Shown here piece by piece: positions 44,325-55,546 of a stretch of DNA of 64,000 nucleotides. Origin of the DNA: an uncultured delta proteobacterium (GTDB taxonomy: Bacteria > Desulfobacterota > Syntrophia > Syntrophales > UBA2192); contig CAVPJD010000014.1 of assembly GCA_963705165.1 (NCBI GenBank), positions 1 through 64,000 on the forward strand. Direction: 5' to 3'. The translations under genes and the position numbers were made by a program. Numbering within the stretch: position 1 is the first letter of the stretch; each line of letters starts with the position of its first letter. The notes beneath the pieces are model-generated. The model was not told the DNA's origin, did no database searches, and saw nothing but the letters and a program-made list of their open reading frames with translations.

Positions 44325-45140
44325 CTATTCCTTTTCCGTCTGCAACACGAGCACTTCCTCGATCTTCGAGAAATCCACCGATGTCACCACCTCGATGGTC
44401 TGGAAGAGCCCGGGGTCTTTCTTGTCGGCACGGACGACCGTCCCCAGCATGAGGCCCTTCGGGAATGCCCCCCCGAGCCCCGAGGTGATGACCGCTTCGC
44501 CGGCCTTCACCTCTTCGGTCCGCTGAACGTACTTCAGGCGCAAAAGCCGGTGGCCTCCGCCCTGGAGGATCCCCTGGGCGCGGCTGCCCTGTACGAGGGA
44601 ATCGATGTTGCTGTTGTAGTCCGTGACGAGCAGGATCTTGGAATAGTTCCAGGAGCACTCTATCACACGTCCCACCACCCCTTCCGGTGAGATCACGGGC
44701 AGGCCCTCCTTGACACCGTCCGTCGACCCCTTGTTGATCATGATCGTGCGGAAGGGCGACGAGCCCTCGTTTCCTACGACCCGCGCGGCAACCGTCGGGA
44801 AGATGGTGCTGTCCTCGAGGGCCAGGACTTTTTTGAGCCGGCTCCCCTCGAGCGACATCTCGCGGTAGGTGTTCACCTCGCCTTGCAGGGCCGCGATCCT
44901 GTTCCTCAGCTCCCGGTTTTCCTCCTCCAGGCCCACGAGAAAGAGGTATCGCTTCCAGGTTCCGCTCACGGAGCCCACGCCCGAGTTGATCGCACGCTCG
45001 ACGGGGGCCGTCACCTCGAAGACAAGCTTCTTCACAACCCCCGGGCTCCCCGGGCGTCTGAGGCTCTGGGAAAGGATGACTAGGGAGACGGCGATCAGGA
45101 TGAAGGCAACGATGACGGCGAGATACTTCTTGAGAAACAA
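44325..45140 (-). CDS. mreC: Rod shape-determining protein MreC
   Basis: TM, coiled coil, INKGS.DGV, GVVGRV, ITSGLGG.FPKG. Confidence 0.95.
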   Translation of the reverse strand: MFLKKYLAVIVAFILIAVSLVILSQSLRRPGSPGVVKKLVFEVTAPVERAINSGVGSVSGTWKRYLFLVGLEEENRELRNRIAALQGEVNTYREMSLEGSRLKKVLALEDSTIFPTVAARVVGNEGSSPFRTIMINKGSTDGVKEGLPVISPEGVVGRVIECSWNYSKILLVTDYNSNIDSLVQGSRAQGILQGGGHRLLRLKYVQRTEEVKAGEAVITSGLGGAFPKGLMLGTVVRADKKDPGLFQTIEVVTSVDFSKIEEVLVLQTEKE

Positions 45141-45259
45141 CGATCCTCACCTGCAATGAAGTTGGAACCGAGGGCTTTCGTGTCCAGGCGTATCCGTTGC
45201 GCGTGAGGCCAGCTCGTCGGAGGTGCGCGAACTGATGCGGGCTGCCGCTGCCTGCCGGT

Positions 45260-46333
<1,074 letters not shown>

Positions 46334-46478
46334 TCAACCCCCGACGACATCCCATTTGAATGATGTGCTATACCGCATTTGTAAGGGCGAATCAATGCAT
46401 TTTTGCGAAATAGTTATTGCTTTTTCACCTCAATTATAATAGGGATTTTCCCTTATATCGAACTTCGAGGGGCACTCC

Positions 46479-48083
46479 ATGCTTCAGTTCATGAGAAAAC
46501 ATGCCCAGAGCTGGCTCATCAAGCTTCTCCTGGGTCTCATCATCGCCGTTTTCGTGCTTTACTTCGGTTCGACGCGCTGGGGCGATCCCGCCGAAGGGCT
46601 CGTGAAGGTGGGCGATCAGCAGATCACCTTCAGCGATTACCGCAAAGAGTACCAGAACCTTCTCGACATGTACCGCCAGCGGCTCGGCGCCAACCTGACG
46701 GAAGAGGTCGTCAAGAGCCTCAACCTCAAGCAGCAGGCCCTGGACAATCTGGTCAACCAGTCCGTCCTGCGCATCAAGGCCGAGGAGATGGACATCCGGG
46801 TGAGCGACGAGGAGGTCCGGACCATCATCGCCATGCAGCCCGCTTTCCAGCGCGACGGCGTTTTCGACCCCAAGCGATACGAGCAGCTGCTTCGCTCCCA
46901 GCGGATGAGCCCCGATGAGTTCGAGGCCATGCAGAAGAAAGCGCTCCTGTCGGGCAAGGTGCAGGACATCTTCCGCCAGGGCGTGAAGGTTTCCGACAAG
47001 GAGCTGCTGGATCTTTACAGGCTCCAGTCGGAGCGGGTGAACGTGGAGCTCTTCAAACTCCCCGCCCGGGCCTGCCGCAGCAAGGTCGTCGCCACCCGGG
47101 AAGATCTCGAGAAAACGTACAACGATCGCAAGGACGATTTCCGGATCCCCGCACGGGTCCAGGTCAAGGTTCTCACCTTCACCGCCGAGGATTCCCTGAG
47201 GAAGGCGGAGGTCTCCGATGCCGAGGTTCGCAGCGCCTACGACGCCAACAAGAGCCGCCTGCCCCAGGTAAAAGGCGCGCCGGTTCCCTTTGACGCCGTG
47301 AAAGGCCGTATCGCCGATGAAATCCGCCTGATCAAGGCCATGAACCTGGCAGCCGGGGACGCCAAGAAGGCCCACGACACGATCTACCAGGAAGAGAACT
47401 TCGAGGCCTACGCCGCAAAGCACGGCCTTCGCATTCAGGAGCGGGGCTTCTTCTCCGTCAAGGACATGCCGGCGGAGCTCAAGCAGATCCGTGACGCGGA
47501 AAAACAGATCTTCAGCATCCCCGCCGGCGAGATCACCCCCGTCCTCTCATCGCCCCGGGCCCACTATGTGATCAAGGTCACGGCGAAAAAAGAAGCCACT
47601 ACGCCCCCCTTCGAAGAGGTGAAGAAGGACGTGGAGGAGCGCTGGGCCGCGATCGAGTCGGCCAAGGTCTGCCGCAAGGAGGCCGAGGCCGCCCTGGAGC
47701 GGATGCGCAAAGGCGAGGACTTCCGGAAAGTGGCAAAGGAGACAGGCGCCGAGGTGGTGGAGACGGGGCTCTTTGCGCCCGGTTCGGAGATCCCCAAGGC
47801 CGGCTCGTCTCCGGAGCTGATCAATGCCATTTTCCAGCTCTCCGAGAAGGCTCCCTACCCTTCAGAGGTATACGCCACCAATGACGGCACCGTCATCATC
47901 CCCCGGTTCAAGGATCGCAAGCGCGTCGACGACGGCTCCTGGGAAAAGCAGAAAGACATGATCAAGGTCATCCTGCTCAGGGCCAAGGAGTCGGAGTACT
48001 TCCAGGCCTGGCTCAAGGACGTGCGCGAGACCATGGAGAAGGATGGAAAGATCAAGATGAGTGAAAACGTGCAGAAACTCTAA
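46479..48083 (+). CDS. SurA N-terminal domain / PpiD-like periplasmic chaperone
   Basis: MLQFMRK..SW.IK TM anchor, VSDEEV, F..DGVFD..RY, parvulin-like repeats. Confidence 0.82.
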   Translation: MLQFMRKHAQSWLIKLLLGLIIAVFVLYFGSTRWGDPAEGLVKVGDQQITFSDYRKEYQNLLDMYRQRLGANLTEEVVKSLNLKQQALDNLVNQSVLRIKAEEMDIRVSDEEVRTIIAMQPAFQRDGVFDPKRYEQLLRSQRMSPDEFEAMQKKALLSGKVQDIFRQGVKVSDKELLDLYRLQSERVNVELFKLPARACRSKVVATREDLEKTYNDRKDDFRIPARVQVKVLTFTAEDSLRKAEVSDAEVRSAYDANKSRLPQVKGAPVPFDAVKGRIADEIRLIKAMNLAAGDAKKAHDTIYQEENFEAYAAKHGLRIQERGFFSVKDMPAELKQIRDAEKQIFSIPAGEITPVLSSPRAHYVIKVTAKKEATTPPFEEVKKDVEERWAAIESAKVCRKEAEAALERMRKGEDFRKVAKETGAEVVETGLFAPGSEIPKAGSSPELINAIFQLSEKAPYPSEVYATNDGTVIIPRFKDRKRVDDGSWEKQKDMIKVILLRAKESEYFQAWLKDVRETMEKDGKIKMSENVQKL

Positions 48084-48128
48084 ACTGGTCTGTCTGGTCT
48101 ATCTCGTCTGTCTGGTCTATTTGGTCGA
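48084..48128. repeat. Nonamer tandem array (TCTGGTCTR-like x5)
   Basis: ACTGGTCTG TCTGGTCTA TCTCGTCTG TCTGGTCTA TTTGGTCGA directly after the stop codon. Confidence 0.75.
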
Positions 48129-48135
48129 ACAAAAG

Positions 48136-48171
48136 AAAAGGATCGCGGAAATCACTTCCCGATCCTTTTTT
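48136..48171. terminator. Bidirectional terminator
   Basis: AAAAGGATCG..GAA / TTC..CGATCCTTTTTT between convergent genes. Confidence 0.7.
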
Positions 48172-48207
48172 CATTCCCTGTACCCTGGCCCCTTGACCCT
48201 GGACCCG

Positions 48208-49095
48208 TTATTTCTGTCCAAACTCCCCCGTGTCGATCCATTCCGCTTTCACGAGCGACCACCAGTCCAGAGCCAGTTCCTTCAGCACGTACTCATAGGG
48301 GATCCAGCCGTAGCCTTTCTCACCCCATTTGACACCCCAGGAGTTGCGGATGAGGATGGCCCCCGTCGTCTCCGTGCCCCCGGGGCTTGCGTTGCGGATC
48401 TTCAGCTTGTCGTCGTAGCCGACGGCCATCACGGCGTGACCGCCCAGGAGCTTGTCTCCCTTTGCCGGGTAGGGGATCTTCCCGGTCTTTCCCGCCTGGT
48501 CGATGGAGCTGTACACGCTGAATCCGAACATGGAGGGCAGTCCCTCCACGAGCTTTGTCTTGATCTGGGTGAGCAGCTCCGCGCGAGAGATGCCGGGCGG
48601 GTCAAGGCGGTAGTACTGGATGGCCTGGTAGTTCTGGGCGAAGGCGTAGCAGAAGGCCGGTGGCTCCTTGTCGAAGTCCTCGGCATTGTAAGGCCAGTAC
48701 TCCTCGGGCGGCACGCCGAACAGGACCAGGGCTCCCATGGCCGTTCTCAGAAACGCACCTGTGTCCCCCGTCCAGTGCAGGAGGTTGCGGGTCACCTTGT
48801 AGAGGAAGAGCCGCGAGGCGTCGACGTGTTTCCCAGAGGCCCGCATCTCGAAGTACTCCACCATCCCGACCCCGGCCTGGGCCGTGCAGGAGCCGATCTT
48901 CCCCTGGTCCTCCACGGGCGAGCACCAGGTGCGCAGATCGCAGTTCGCCGGCAGTTTGGATTTCTTTTTCCCGTCACCGGCGGCCCGCATCTTTTTCATC
49001 AGAGGCAGAATGGTTTTCGTGTGCGCCGTGTAGTCCCGGAAGTCGGGATAGTCGGGCAGCCAGCCCATGGAGGGCCTTTCGAATACGTCGGACAT
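48208..49095 (-). CDS. Papain-like C1 family cysteine peptidase
   Basis: DQGKIGSCTA, GGHAV, IRNSWG..WG..GYGW; RBS AAAGGAGG. Confidence 0.93.
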   Translation of the reverse strand: MSDVFERPSMGWLPDYPDFRDYTAHTKTILPLMKKMRAAGDGKKKSKLPANCDLRTWCSPVEDQGKIGSCTAQAGVGMVEYFEMRASGKHVDASRLFLYKVTRNLLHWTGDTGAFLRTAMGALVLFGVPPEEYWPYNAEDFDKEPPAFCYAFAQNYQAIQYYRLDPPGISRAELLTQIKTKLVEGLPSMFGFSVYSSIDQAGKTGKIPYPAKGDKLLGGHAVMAVGYDDKLKIRNASPGGTETTGAILIRNSWGVKWGEKGYGWIPYEYVLKELALDWWSLVKAEWIDTGEFGQK

Positions 49096-49115
49096 GGTGT
49101 TCCTCCTTTCAAAAT

Positions 49116-49206
49116 AGGCATCAGGCATGAGGCATTGGGCGTCAGGTCCAATCGAAAGAGATGCCGTTCTCTTTCCTGGTGCCTGAAGCCTATTGCCTGG
49201 AGCCTG
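49116..49206. repeat. Inverted pair of heptamer arrays (AGGCATN / NGCCTNN)
   Basis: 4 units at 49116-49143 and 4 units at 49180-49206. Confidence 0.7.
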
Positions 49207-49211
49207 TGTTT

Positions 49212-49739
49212 TCACCACCCGTAAGGCCGACCCCAGGGTCGCCAGGGATAGGGCGGGCCCCAGTACCACGGATCGTAATAGTACGGCGGATATGGAACCG
49301 GCTGCTCCCACAGCTTCAATTCTTTTGCCTGGACGACAGGATAGGTGTACTGGATCTCGCCGATGGGCTGGGTCTCCCTGCCGGCGATCTCGCCGCCCAC
49401 GGTGACCTGCCGTCCCTTCTTGAAGATGTCGGGATCGAGGAACCGCTCAACCCGGATGATGAACCGGCCCTCTGAGCGGTCTAGGTCCGTCGGCCGCTGC
49501 TGGATATCCAGGGCCGTCTGCATGACCTTGATGGCCGTCGACTCTTTCAGGTTCGTCGTTTCGATAATGACGCCGCCCCAGATGACGACCATTCCGCTGA
49601 ACTTGTCGGGGTTTTTCTGGATCTCCGCAAAGGGGGCGCTCTCGTCGGCCTGCCGGCGGATGTCCTGCGACATGGGCGCGCAGGCCGCAAGGGCTGCAAG
49701 GAGGAAAAAGAAAATGACCCTGGTGCCGCTTTTCACCAT
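49212..49739 (-). CDS. Slp family outer membrane lipoprotein
   Basis: Lipobox LAAC, VIWGGVI, SEGRF, FLDP, YPVV. Confidence 0.9.
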   Translation of the reverse strand: MVKSGTRVIFFFLLAALAACAPMSQDIRRQADESAPFAEIQKNPDKFSGMVVIWGGVIIETTNLKESTAIKVMQTALDIQQRPTDLDRSEGRFIIRVERFLDPDIFKKGRQVTVGGEIAGRETQPIGEIQYTYPVVQAKELKLWEQPVPYPPYYYDPWYWGPPYPWRPWGRPYGW

Positions 49740-50242
49740 CGACCTGTACCCACACCGATGCCGAATTGAAATGCCGGACCCGGCCCGTAGGCGGGGTAAT
49801 AATTCTCTGTCTTCCAGAGATAGCTCTCCCGCTCGAGCAATACGGGTAACGTGTACGTCCTGTCATTCAGCATGATCACCCGGCCGCCCTCGACCACCCC
49901 CGCCACCGTGATCTTGCGCCCTTTCTCATAAACGAGGGGATCGGCAAACCGTTTGTAGATCACCATGAATCGGCCCTGGGAGAAAGCCATGTTGTCGGGC
50001 CGTTGCTGCGCCCCCAGGGGAAGCTGAAGGACCTGAACCCAGGTTTCACTTTCTTTCACGACGGTCTCGACGATCTGCCCGCCGAGGATGACGACGGTTC
50101 CCCGGTACCGGTCAGGCTGCTTCTGAAGATCCGTGAAGGTCACCTTGTCGTCGGCCTCCTGCACGACACGGGTCGACAGAACCGAGGTGCACCCGGAAAG
50201 GACGAAGGCGAAGATGACTGCAAGGGCGATCCTTTTCGGCAT
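49733..50242 (-). CDS. Slp family lipoprotein (paralog)
   Basis: Lipobox LSGC, VILGGQI, SQGRF, FADP. Confidence 0.88.
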   Translation of the reverse strand: MPKRIALAVIFAFVLSGCTSVLSTRVVQEADDKVTFTDLQKQPDRYRGTVVILGGQIVETVVKESETWVQVLQLPLGAQQRPDNMAFSQGRFMVIYKRFADPLVYEKGRKITVAGVVEGGRVIMLNDRTYTLPVLLERESYLWKTENYYPAYGPGPAFQFGIGVGTGRW

Positions 50243-50384
50243 GAAGAGACCTCCGGCAGAACGGAGAACGAACTGGAGCGGATGCATTATTCTATGACAT
50301 CCCCCACGCATGAGCAAACATAAAATTGCTGTCCCATTTGCCCTCGATGGTATAAAGCAGTGTTAAGTTTTAAGTGATCAAGTG

Positions 50385-50509
50385 TTATTACACCGGCAAC
50401 AAAATACCGCAATAGCGTCATTCCCGCGAAGGCGGGAATCCACCAATGACTGGATACCGGATCAAGTCCGGTATGACATAGTTGCGATGTTTAATTGCCG
50501 CAGTAATAA
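50385..50509. mobile_element. MITE-like element enclosing a dRS3/REP-like double hairpin
   Basis: About 28 bp imperfect terminal IR (TTATTACACCGGCAA.../...TTGCCGCAGTAATAA); core GTCATTCCCGCGAAGGCGGGAATCC...GGATACCGGATCAAGTCCGGTATGAC. Confidence 0.75.
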
Positions 50510-50532
50510 GTGACATGGAAGGAGAAATCTTA

Positions 50533-50772
50533 ATGGACAAGAAATTCGTCGTCATGATCGCACTCGTCGCCCTATTCATCCTGACGCTTCTCTACTGGAC
50601 GCGGTTCCAGGTCATCGACGTCCACGCCATGAACGGCGTGGGGTTCTACAAAATCAACCGGCTGACGGGCGAGACTGTCCTGGTGAGCGGCCTCGACCAG
50701 ATCCGGATCATGCCCGTGAAGGACCTGGAGCAGCCTCAGTTGCAATTTCCCGCGCCCGGGAAGGGACAGTAA
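50533..50772 (+). CDS. Small membrane-anchored hypothetical protein
   Basis: RBS AAGGAG, N-terminal TM, YKINRLTGET motif. Confidence 0.75.
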   Translation: MDKKFVVMIALVALFILTLLYWTRFQVIDVHAMNGVGFYKINRLTGETVLVSGLDQIRIMPVKDLEQPQLQFPAPGKGQ

Positions 50773-51037
50773 AGCGCCGCTTCGCGGCAGTGACCAGTGA
50801 CTAGTGACCAGTGAAAACAAAAGAAATCTTATTCCATTCACGAGCCACTAACCACAAGCCACATCATATTGCTCCTCGGTCCTCACCCGGTCCGGGTGCG
50901 TCGAAAAAAACCTTGAGTCATAAGGCAGATGGGTGTATTTTGTGAAATAAGTTACACACAATCAAGGATTGCCGGCCACCGGAACCGATGGAAGAGATCC
51001 GGACGCCTGCAACCGGGAAACGCAAACCTGAACACCC

Positions 51038-51973
51038 ATGAGGGTAAAGCATCTCATCATCCCGGTCCTCCTGCTTTTTGCGGCCGCCGAGATCTCCCAC
51101 GCACAGACCGACTACCCCTACGCGCCGGCAGCCAAAGACCCCTCGAAGAAAATGACCGTGATCGGCCGCATGCAGGTCCACACGGTCAAGACGGGGGAAA
51201 CGCTCCTTGACATCGCGAGGAATTACGGGCTGGGTATTTCGGAAATGCAGGCATTCCACCCCGGGAAGGACCCCTGGCTGCTCGAGGAGGGAAGCGAGCT
51301 GCAGGTCCCCTCGCTCTGGATCGTCCCCGAGACGAAACAGCGGGCCATTGTGATCAACGTACCGGAAATGCGCCTCTACCGGTTTCACGCAAAGAAGGGA
51401 ACCGTCAGCACGTATCCCGTCACCGTCGGTGAAGAGGAGACGCAGACGCCGATTGGCACCTTCCGAGTCGTCGACAGGGAGGTCGACCCGGAATGGAACA
51501 TCCCGGCCAAGCTGCAGCACAAGTACAAGACGAAGATCATCCCCGCGGGGGACGACAACCCGATCGGAAAATACTGGCTGGGGCTTTCCGCCCGCGGATA
51601 CGGCATCCACGGCACGGACAACGCCTGGAGCGTGGGCCGTGTCCTCAGCAACGGGTGCATCCGCCTCTATCCCGAGGACATGGAGAAGCTCTTTCGCGAC
51701 GTGCCGGTGGGAACGGTTGTGGAAATCGTTTACGAGTCGGTGAAGTTCGGGTACCGCGAAGGGATCATCTTCGTGGAGGTGCATGAAGATCCCTACGGCT
51801 TCATCGAGGATGCCGAGCAACTCGCGCGCTCCGTCGCAAAGAGCCGGGGCATCGAGGAATACGTGGATTGGGAAAAGGTCGACGAGGCTATCGAATGGAA
51901 AAACGGGGTACCCATCCCGGTGGGAACCCTGCCGAAGGGAGGTGACGGGAAAAGACCATCGAGTCGTCGGTGA
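51038..51973 (+). CDS. LysM-containing L,D-transpeptidase (ErfK/YcfS/YnhG type)
   Basis: Signal peptide, GETLLDIARNY, VINVPEMRLY, GIHGT...SNGCIRL. Confidence 0.92.
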   Translation: MRVKHLIIPVLLLFAAAEISHAQTDYPYAPAAKDPSKKMTVIGRMQVHTVKTGETLLDIARNYGLGISEMQAFHPGKDPWLLEEGSELQVPSLWIVPETKQRAIVINVPEMRLYRFHAKKGTVSTYPVTVGEEETQTPIGTFRVVDREVDPEWNIPAKLQHKYKTKIIPAGDDNPIGKYWLGLSARGYGIHGTDNAWSVGRVLSNGCIRLYPEDMEKLFRDVPVGTVVEIVYESVKFGYREGIIFVEVHEDPYGFIEDAEQLARSVAKSRGIEEYVDWEKVDEAIEWKNGVPIPVGTLPKGGDGKRPSSRR

Positions 51974-52019
51974 AAAGGTTGAAAGCCTTTAGAAACTTTA
52001 ATTAAAGGAGGTAAATGGG

Positions 52020-52364
52020 ATGAAGTCACGGTTTATTATTCTCACGGTGCTGATCTTCGTTGCGGCCCTCTTCACGGGTTGCGCGACAACGGGCGACCTG
52101 GAGAAGCTGCAGATGCAGGTCAAGGATCTCTCGGCAAAAGTGGACCAGGCCACGATGAAGTCCGACCAGGCCGCCAGGGATGCCGCAGCGGCCAAGGCAT
52201 CGGCCGCGGCCAGCCAGGCGGAGTGCGCCAAGGCAGCCGGGGCATGCAATGAGGCGGCGGCGAAGGCCGAGAGGTCGGCGGCTCAGGCTGCCGCTTCGGC
52301 GAAACTTGCCGAGGACAACGCAAAGAAGTCAGAAGCGATCTTCATGAAATCCATGAAGAAGTAG
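52020..52364 (+). CDS. Lpp/OprI-like alanine-zipper lipoprotein
   Basis: Lipobox FTGC, Ala-rich heptads, C-terminus FMKSMKK; RBS AAAGGAGG. Confidence 0.85.
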   Translation: MKSRFIILTVLIFVAALFTGCATTGDLEKLQMQVKDLSAKVDQATMKSDQAARDAAAAKASAAASQAECAKAAGACNEAAAKAERSAAQAAASAKLAEDNAKKSEAIFMKSMKK

Positions 52365-52406
52365 AACCGCGGCCCGCGGGCGTCGATGCCCTAGGGCCAC
52401 AGACGG

Positions 52407-52446
52407 AAAAGGCGGCGCCGGTTATCTGCCGGCACCGCCTTTTTTT
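52407..52446. terminator. Bidirectional terminator
   Basis: AAAAGGCGGCGCCGG / CCGGCACCGCCTTTTTTT. Confidence 0.8.
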
Positions 52447-52482
52447 CTTTCTCACCTTCTTACCCTCTCACCTTCTTCCCCT

Positions 52483-53028
52483 TCACGGCCTGATCTCAAC
52501 GGGCGTCCACACCGGCACGAGCACCCAGACCTCCTCGATCTCGCGGTTTGTCAGGGCGATGCAGCCGTTGGTCCAATCGAAGAGGTACTGGACGTCGCCC
52601 ATCCAGAGTTTATCCTCTTTCATGCCGTGAATCATGATGCTGTTGCCCGGCGTCACCCCCAGTGATCTGGCCCGTTCGATGTCGTCCTGGTTCGGATAAT
52701 TTAGGTGCAGCGCCCTGTGGTAGACGCTGTTGTGGACCTTGTAATCAACATAATAGATCCCTTCGGGTGTCTTTTGGTCCCCTTTCTGGATCTTGGGGCC
52801 GATGGGATTTCGGCCCAGGGCGACCTTGTATGTCCTTACCTCCCGGTCCTGCTTCATGAGCGTCATCGTGCGTTTCGACTTCTCGATGACGATGCGGTCC
52901 ACCACCGCGTCCGTTACCGGGGACAGCTCCGTAGCTTTTGCGGGACCGGAAAAGACAAACAGGAATGCCAAGGCGGCAAGAAGGGCCGGCAAGATTCTGT
53001 GCAGGAAATGCAGAGGGCGAACATTCAT
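52483..53028 (-). CDS. YkuD-domain protein of the YafK/DpaA-like type
   Basis: IEKSKR.M, GPK...GD.KTPEG.Y, LNYPN..D, IMIHG, WTNGCIAL. Confidence 0.85.
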   Translation of the reverse strand: MNVRPLHFLHRILPALLAALAFLFVFSGPAKATELSPVTDAVVDRIVIEKSKRTMTLMKQDREVRTYKVALGRNPIGPKIQKGDQKTPEGIYYVDYKVHNSVYHRALHLNYPNQDDIERARSLGVTPGNSIMIHGMKEDKLWMGDVQYLFDWTNGCIALTNREIEEVWVLVPVWTPVEIRP

Positions 53029-53262
53029 CTTCGATCCAACGCGTCATGGATTAGCACTTTGCTCCACAAATTGCAAGATGCCTGCCACGCATTTTACCTC
53101 CTCGTCTTTTCCCTGTTTCCATTCTTCCCCGCCCCGATCGGGTGAGGAAATCGGCACTTGAAACTCAGCGGGTTCCCATCTAGCATAAATGTCTGACTAT
53201 GCGCCCCGCCATATTTGGAGGGGTCATGCAGAGACCACAGGAATCAAAAGGAATGTTTCCCG

Positions 53263-54918
53263 ATGGAACGAAAAAAGAGAATCCTCGTCTTCGGCCACCG
53301 CAATCCCGACACGGACTCCATCGTCTCGGCCATCGCCTACGCGGAGCTCAAGCAGGCTCTGGGGGTTGCAAACTGTCTCGCCGCCCGCTGCGGCAATGTG
53401 AACCTCCAGACGGAGTACATCCTGGAGCGCTTCGGCGTGCCCGCCCCCGAGTTCGTGGCCGAGCTCATCCCGAAGGTGAAATACTACATGAGCCGCGGGG
53501 CCACGACGGTGCCCCGCGACATGCCGCTGTGGCAGGCACTCGAGATCCTCAACAAGGGAAACTTCAAGATGATCCCCATCGTGGACGACGGCGGGTATCT
53601 GCTCTCGATTTTGCACTTCAACGCCTTCGCCCAGAACATGCTCCGGAAGATCGACCCCAACCGAAAGGGCGTATTCCCCACGTCCGTCTCCCTCCTGGTG
53701 AAGACCCTGGGTGCCCAGCCCGTCACCGAATTCGACAGCGACACGGTCTTCCAGGCCCAGATCGCCGTTGCGGCCCACGATGTCGAAGCCTTCCGGGAGC
53801 ACATCGACGCCATGCCCCCGGCCAACACGATCGTGCTGGTCGGCAACCGCGAAGACGTGCAGGCCTGCGTGATCGAGCGGAAGGTGCGGGTCCTGATCGT
53901 CACGGGCGGCAGGGCCATCAGCCGGGAGCTGAAGAAAAAAGCCGGGGAGAATGGTGTTTCCGTGCTGATTTCGCCCTACGACACGTCCACCACGTCGTGG
54001 CTTGCCCTTTACTCTTCGCCGGTGGAGCACACGGGCGACGGGAAACTCAAGCCGCTCAGGGAAAGCGACTACATCGGCGCCGTCCGGGAACGGATACTGT
54101 CATCCGTCTCCCGGTCGCTCCCCGTCGTCGACGCGGAAAGGCGCGTCATCGGCGTGCTCTCCCAGAGCGATCTGATGCGCGAGCCCGACATCGAGATCAT
54201 CCTGGTGGACCACAACGAGATCTCCCAGGCCGTCGACGGTGCGGAGAACTACCGCATCCTCGAGATAATCGACCACCACCGCCTGGGAAACGTGCACACG
54301 AACTACCCCGTCACCTTCATCAATAAGCCCGTGGGGTCCACCTCCACGATCATCGCGACCCTGTACCAGGACAACCGGGTGCCCATGAGAAAGGAGATTG
54401 CCTCGATCCTGCTTGCGGGAATCCTCTCGGACACCCTCATCCTGCGCTCGGCGACGACGACGGAGGCGGACCGCCACATGGCCGAGTACCTCTCCACCAT
54501 CACGGATCTGCCCATCGAAGGATTCGGCAAAGATATCATGGGGGCGGCCTCGCTGGTGGCCCGCAGGCCCGTCGGCGAGATCCTCGCGCTCGACATGAAA
54601 CACTTCGGGGAGGGGAAAAACGCCTTCACTGTGAGCCAGGTGGAGGTGACGTCGCTGACGGAAATCATGGACCGCCGCGACGAGATCCTGGAAGGCCTGG
54701 AGCGCCAGCAGGCCAGGACGGGGAGCCTGTTCACGGCACTCATGGTGACGGACATCACGGAACTCGACAGCGCCCTGTTTGTGAAGGGGGATCCGGTATT
54801 TATCAGCCGCATCCGCTACCCGAAGCTCGACGAGAACGTCTTCATGCTGAAGGGGATCCTGTCGCGCAAGAAGCAGCTCGTTCCCTGCCTGACGGACATG
54901 ATCCGGAAGGGTCAATGA
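53263..54918 (+). CDS. ppaC: Mn-dependent (family II) inorganic pyrophosphatase with CBS/DRTGG insert
   Basis: GHRNPDTDS, ILVDHNE, IIDHHR, ILSDT, SRKKQ. Confidence 0.92.
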   Translation: MERKKRILVFGHRNPDTDSIVSAIAYAELKQALGVANCLAARCGNVNLQTEYILERFGVPAPEFVAELIPKVKYYMSRGATTVPRDMPLWQALEILNKGNFKMIPIVDDGGYLLSILHFNAFAQNMLRKIDPNRKGVFPTSVSLLVKTLGAQPVTEFDSDTVFQAQIAVAAHDVEAFREHIDAMPPANTIVLVGNREDVQACVIERKVRVLIVTGGRAISRELKKKAGENGVSVLISPYDTSTTSWLALYSSPVEHTGDGKLKPLRESDYIGAVRERILSSVSRSLPVVDAERRVIGVLSQSDLMREPDIEIILVDHNEISQAVDGAENYRILEIIDHHRLGNVHTNYPVTFINKPVGSTSTIIATLYQDNRVPMRKEIASILLAGILSDTLILRSATTTEADRHMAEYLSTITDLPIEGFGKDIMGAASLVARRPVGEILALDMKHFGEGKNAFTVSQVEVTSLTEIMDRRDEILEGLERQQARTGSLFTALMVTDITELDSALFVKGDPVFISRIRYPKLDENVFMLKGILSRKKQLVPCLTDMIRKGQ

Positions 54919-54990
54919 ACCACTCTGCGTCTCCGCCAGGGAGCCGTCAATGGATACTGCTGAAGGGACGAGTTCGGGAAGGACAGGTTG

Positions 54991-55293
54991 CTAATCCATC
55001 GTAATCTTTCGAAGGGTCTCCGTAGAAGGGGGGTCGGTGGCGGCAATCAGGATTTCATTCTCCGCCTCGATGACATGGAGTTCGCCCCGCTGGGCCAGGG
55101 CCTTTATGATCCGATAGACACTCTCCTCATCCCCTGCCGCCAGCAGATCCTTGAAAGGCGCCGCAGCGGACGGTGACAGGAATACAAGGGCTCGATTCTC
55201 GAAGTGATGGCTTACGCGCGACGAAACTGCGCAGATGGAGTAGAAAAGGATTGCAGCAATGACGACGATGGATAACAGGCCGATCACCAGCAT
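54991..55293 (-). CDS. Hypothetical protein with N-terminal TM
   Basis: 100 aa ORF with hydrophobic N-terminus; no family recognised. Confidence 0.5.
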   Translation of the reverse strand: MLVIGLLSIVVIAAILFYSICAVSSRVSHHFENRALVFLSPSAAAPFKDLLAAGDEESVYRIIKALAQRGELHVIEAENEILIAATDPPSTETLRKITMD

Positions 55294-55546
55294 CCGTATT
55301 TACCCACCAATACGATGACGGGATACGTTTACGCGTATCGAACGTAGAATAATGTATGACCCTCCCCAAAAGACGGTGCACTTGTTGCATTTGTTGCATC
55401 CAAAGTCAAGCCTTTTCATACGACAAAAGTATTAGATCAAGAAACACACCCTGCCGGGTGCACGCATAAAAAAAGCAGGGATCGCGGACCCCTGCCTGCT
55501 CGTGGACCCCTGCCTGTCTACTTAACCCAATCAACCAATCAACGAA

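Noticed and set aside
49212..50242. Tandem Slp lipoprotein paralogs
   Set aside because: An ordinary tandem duplication with no further signal
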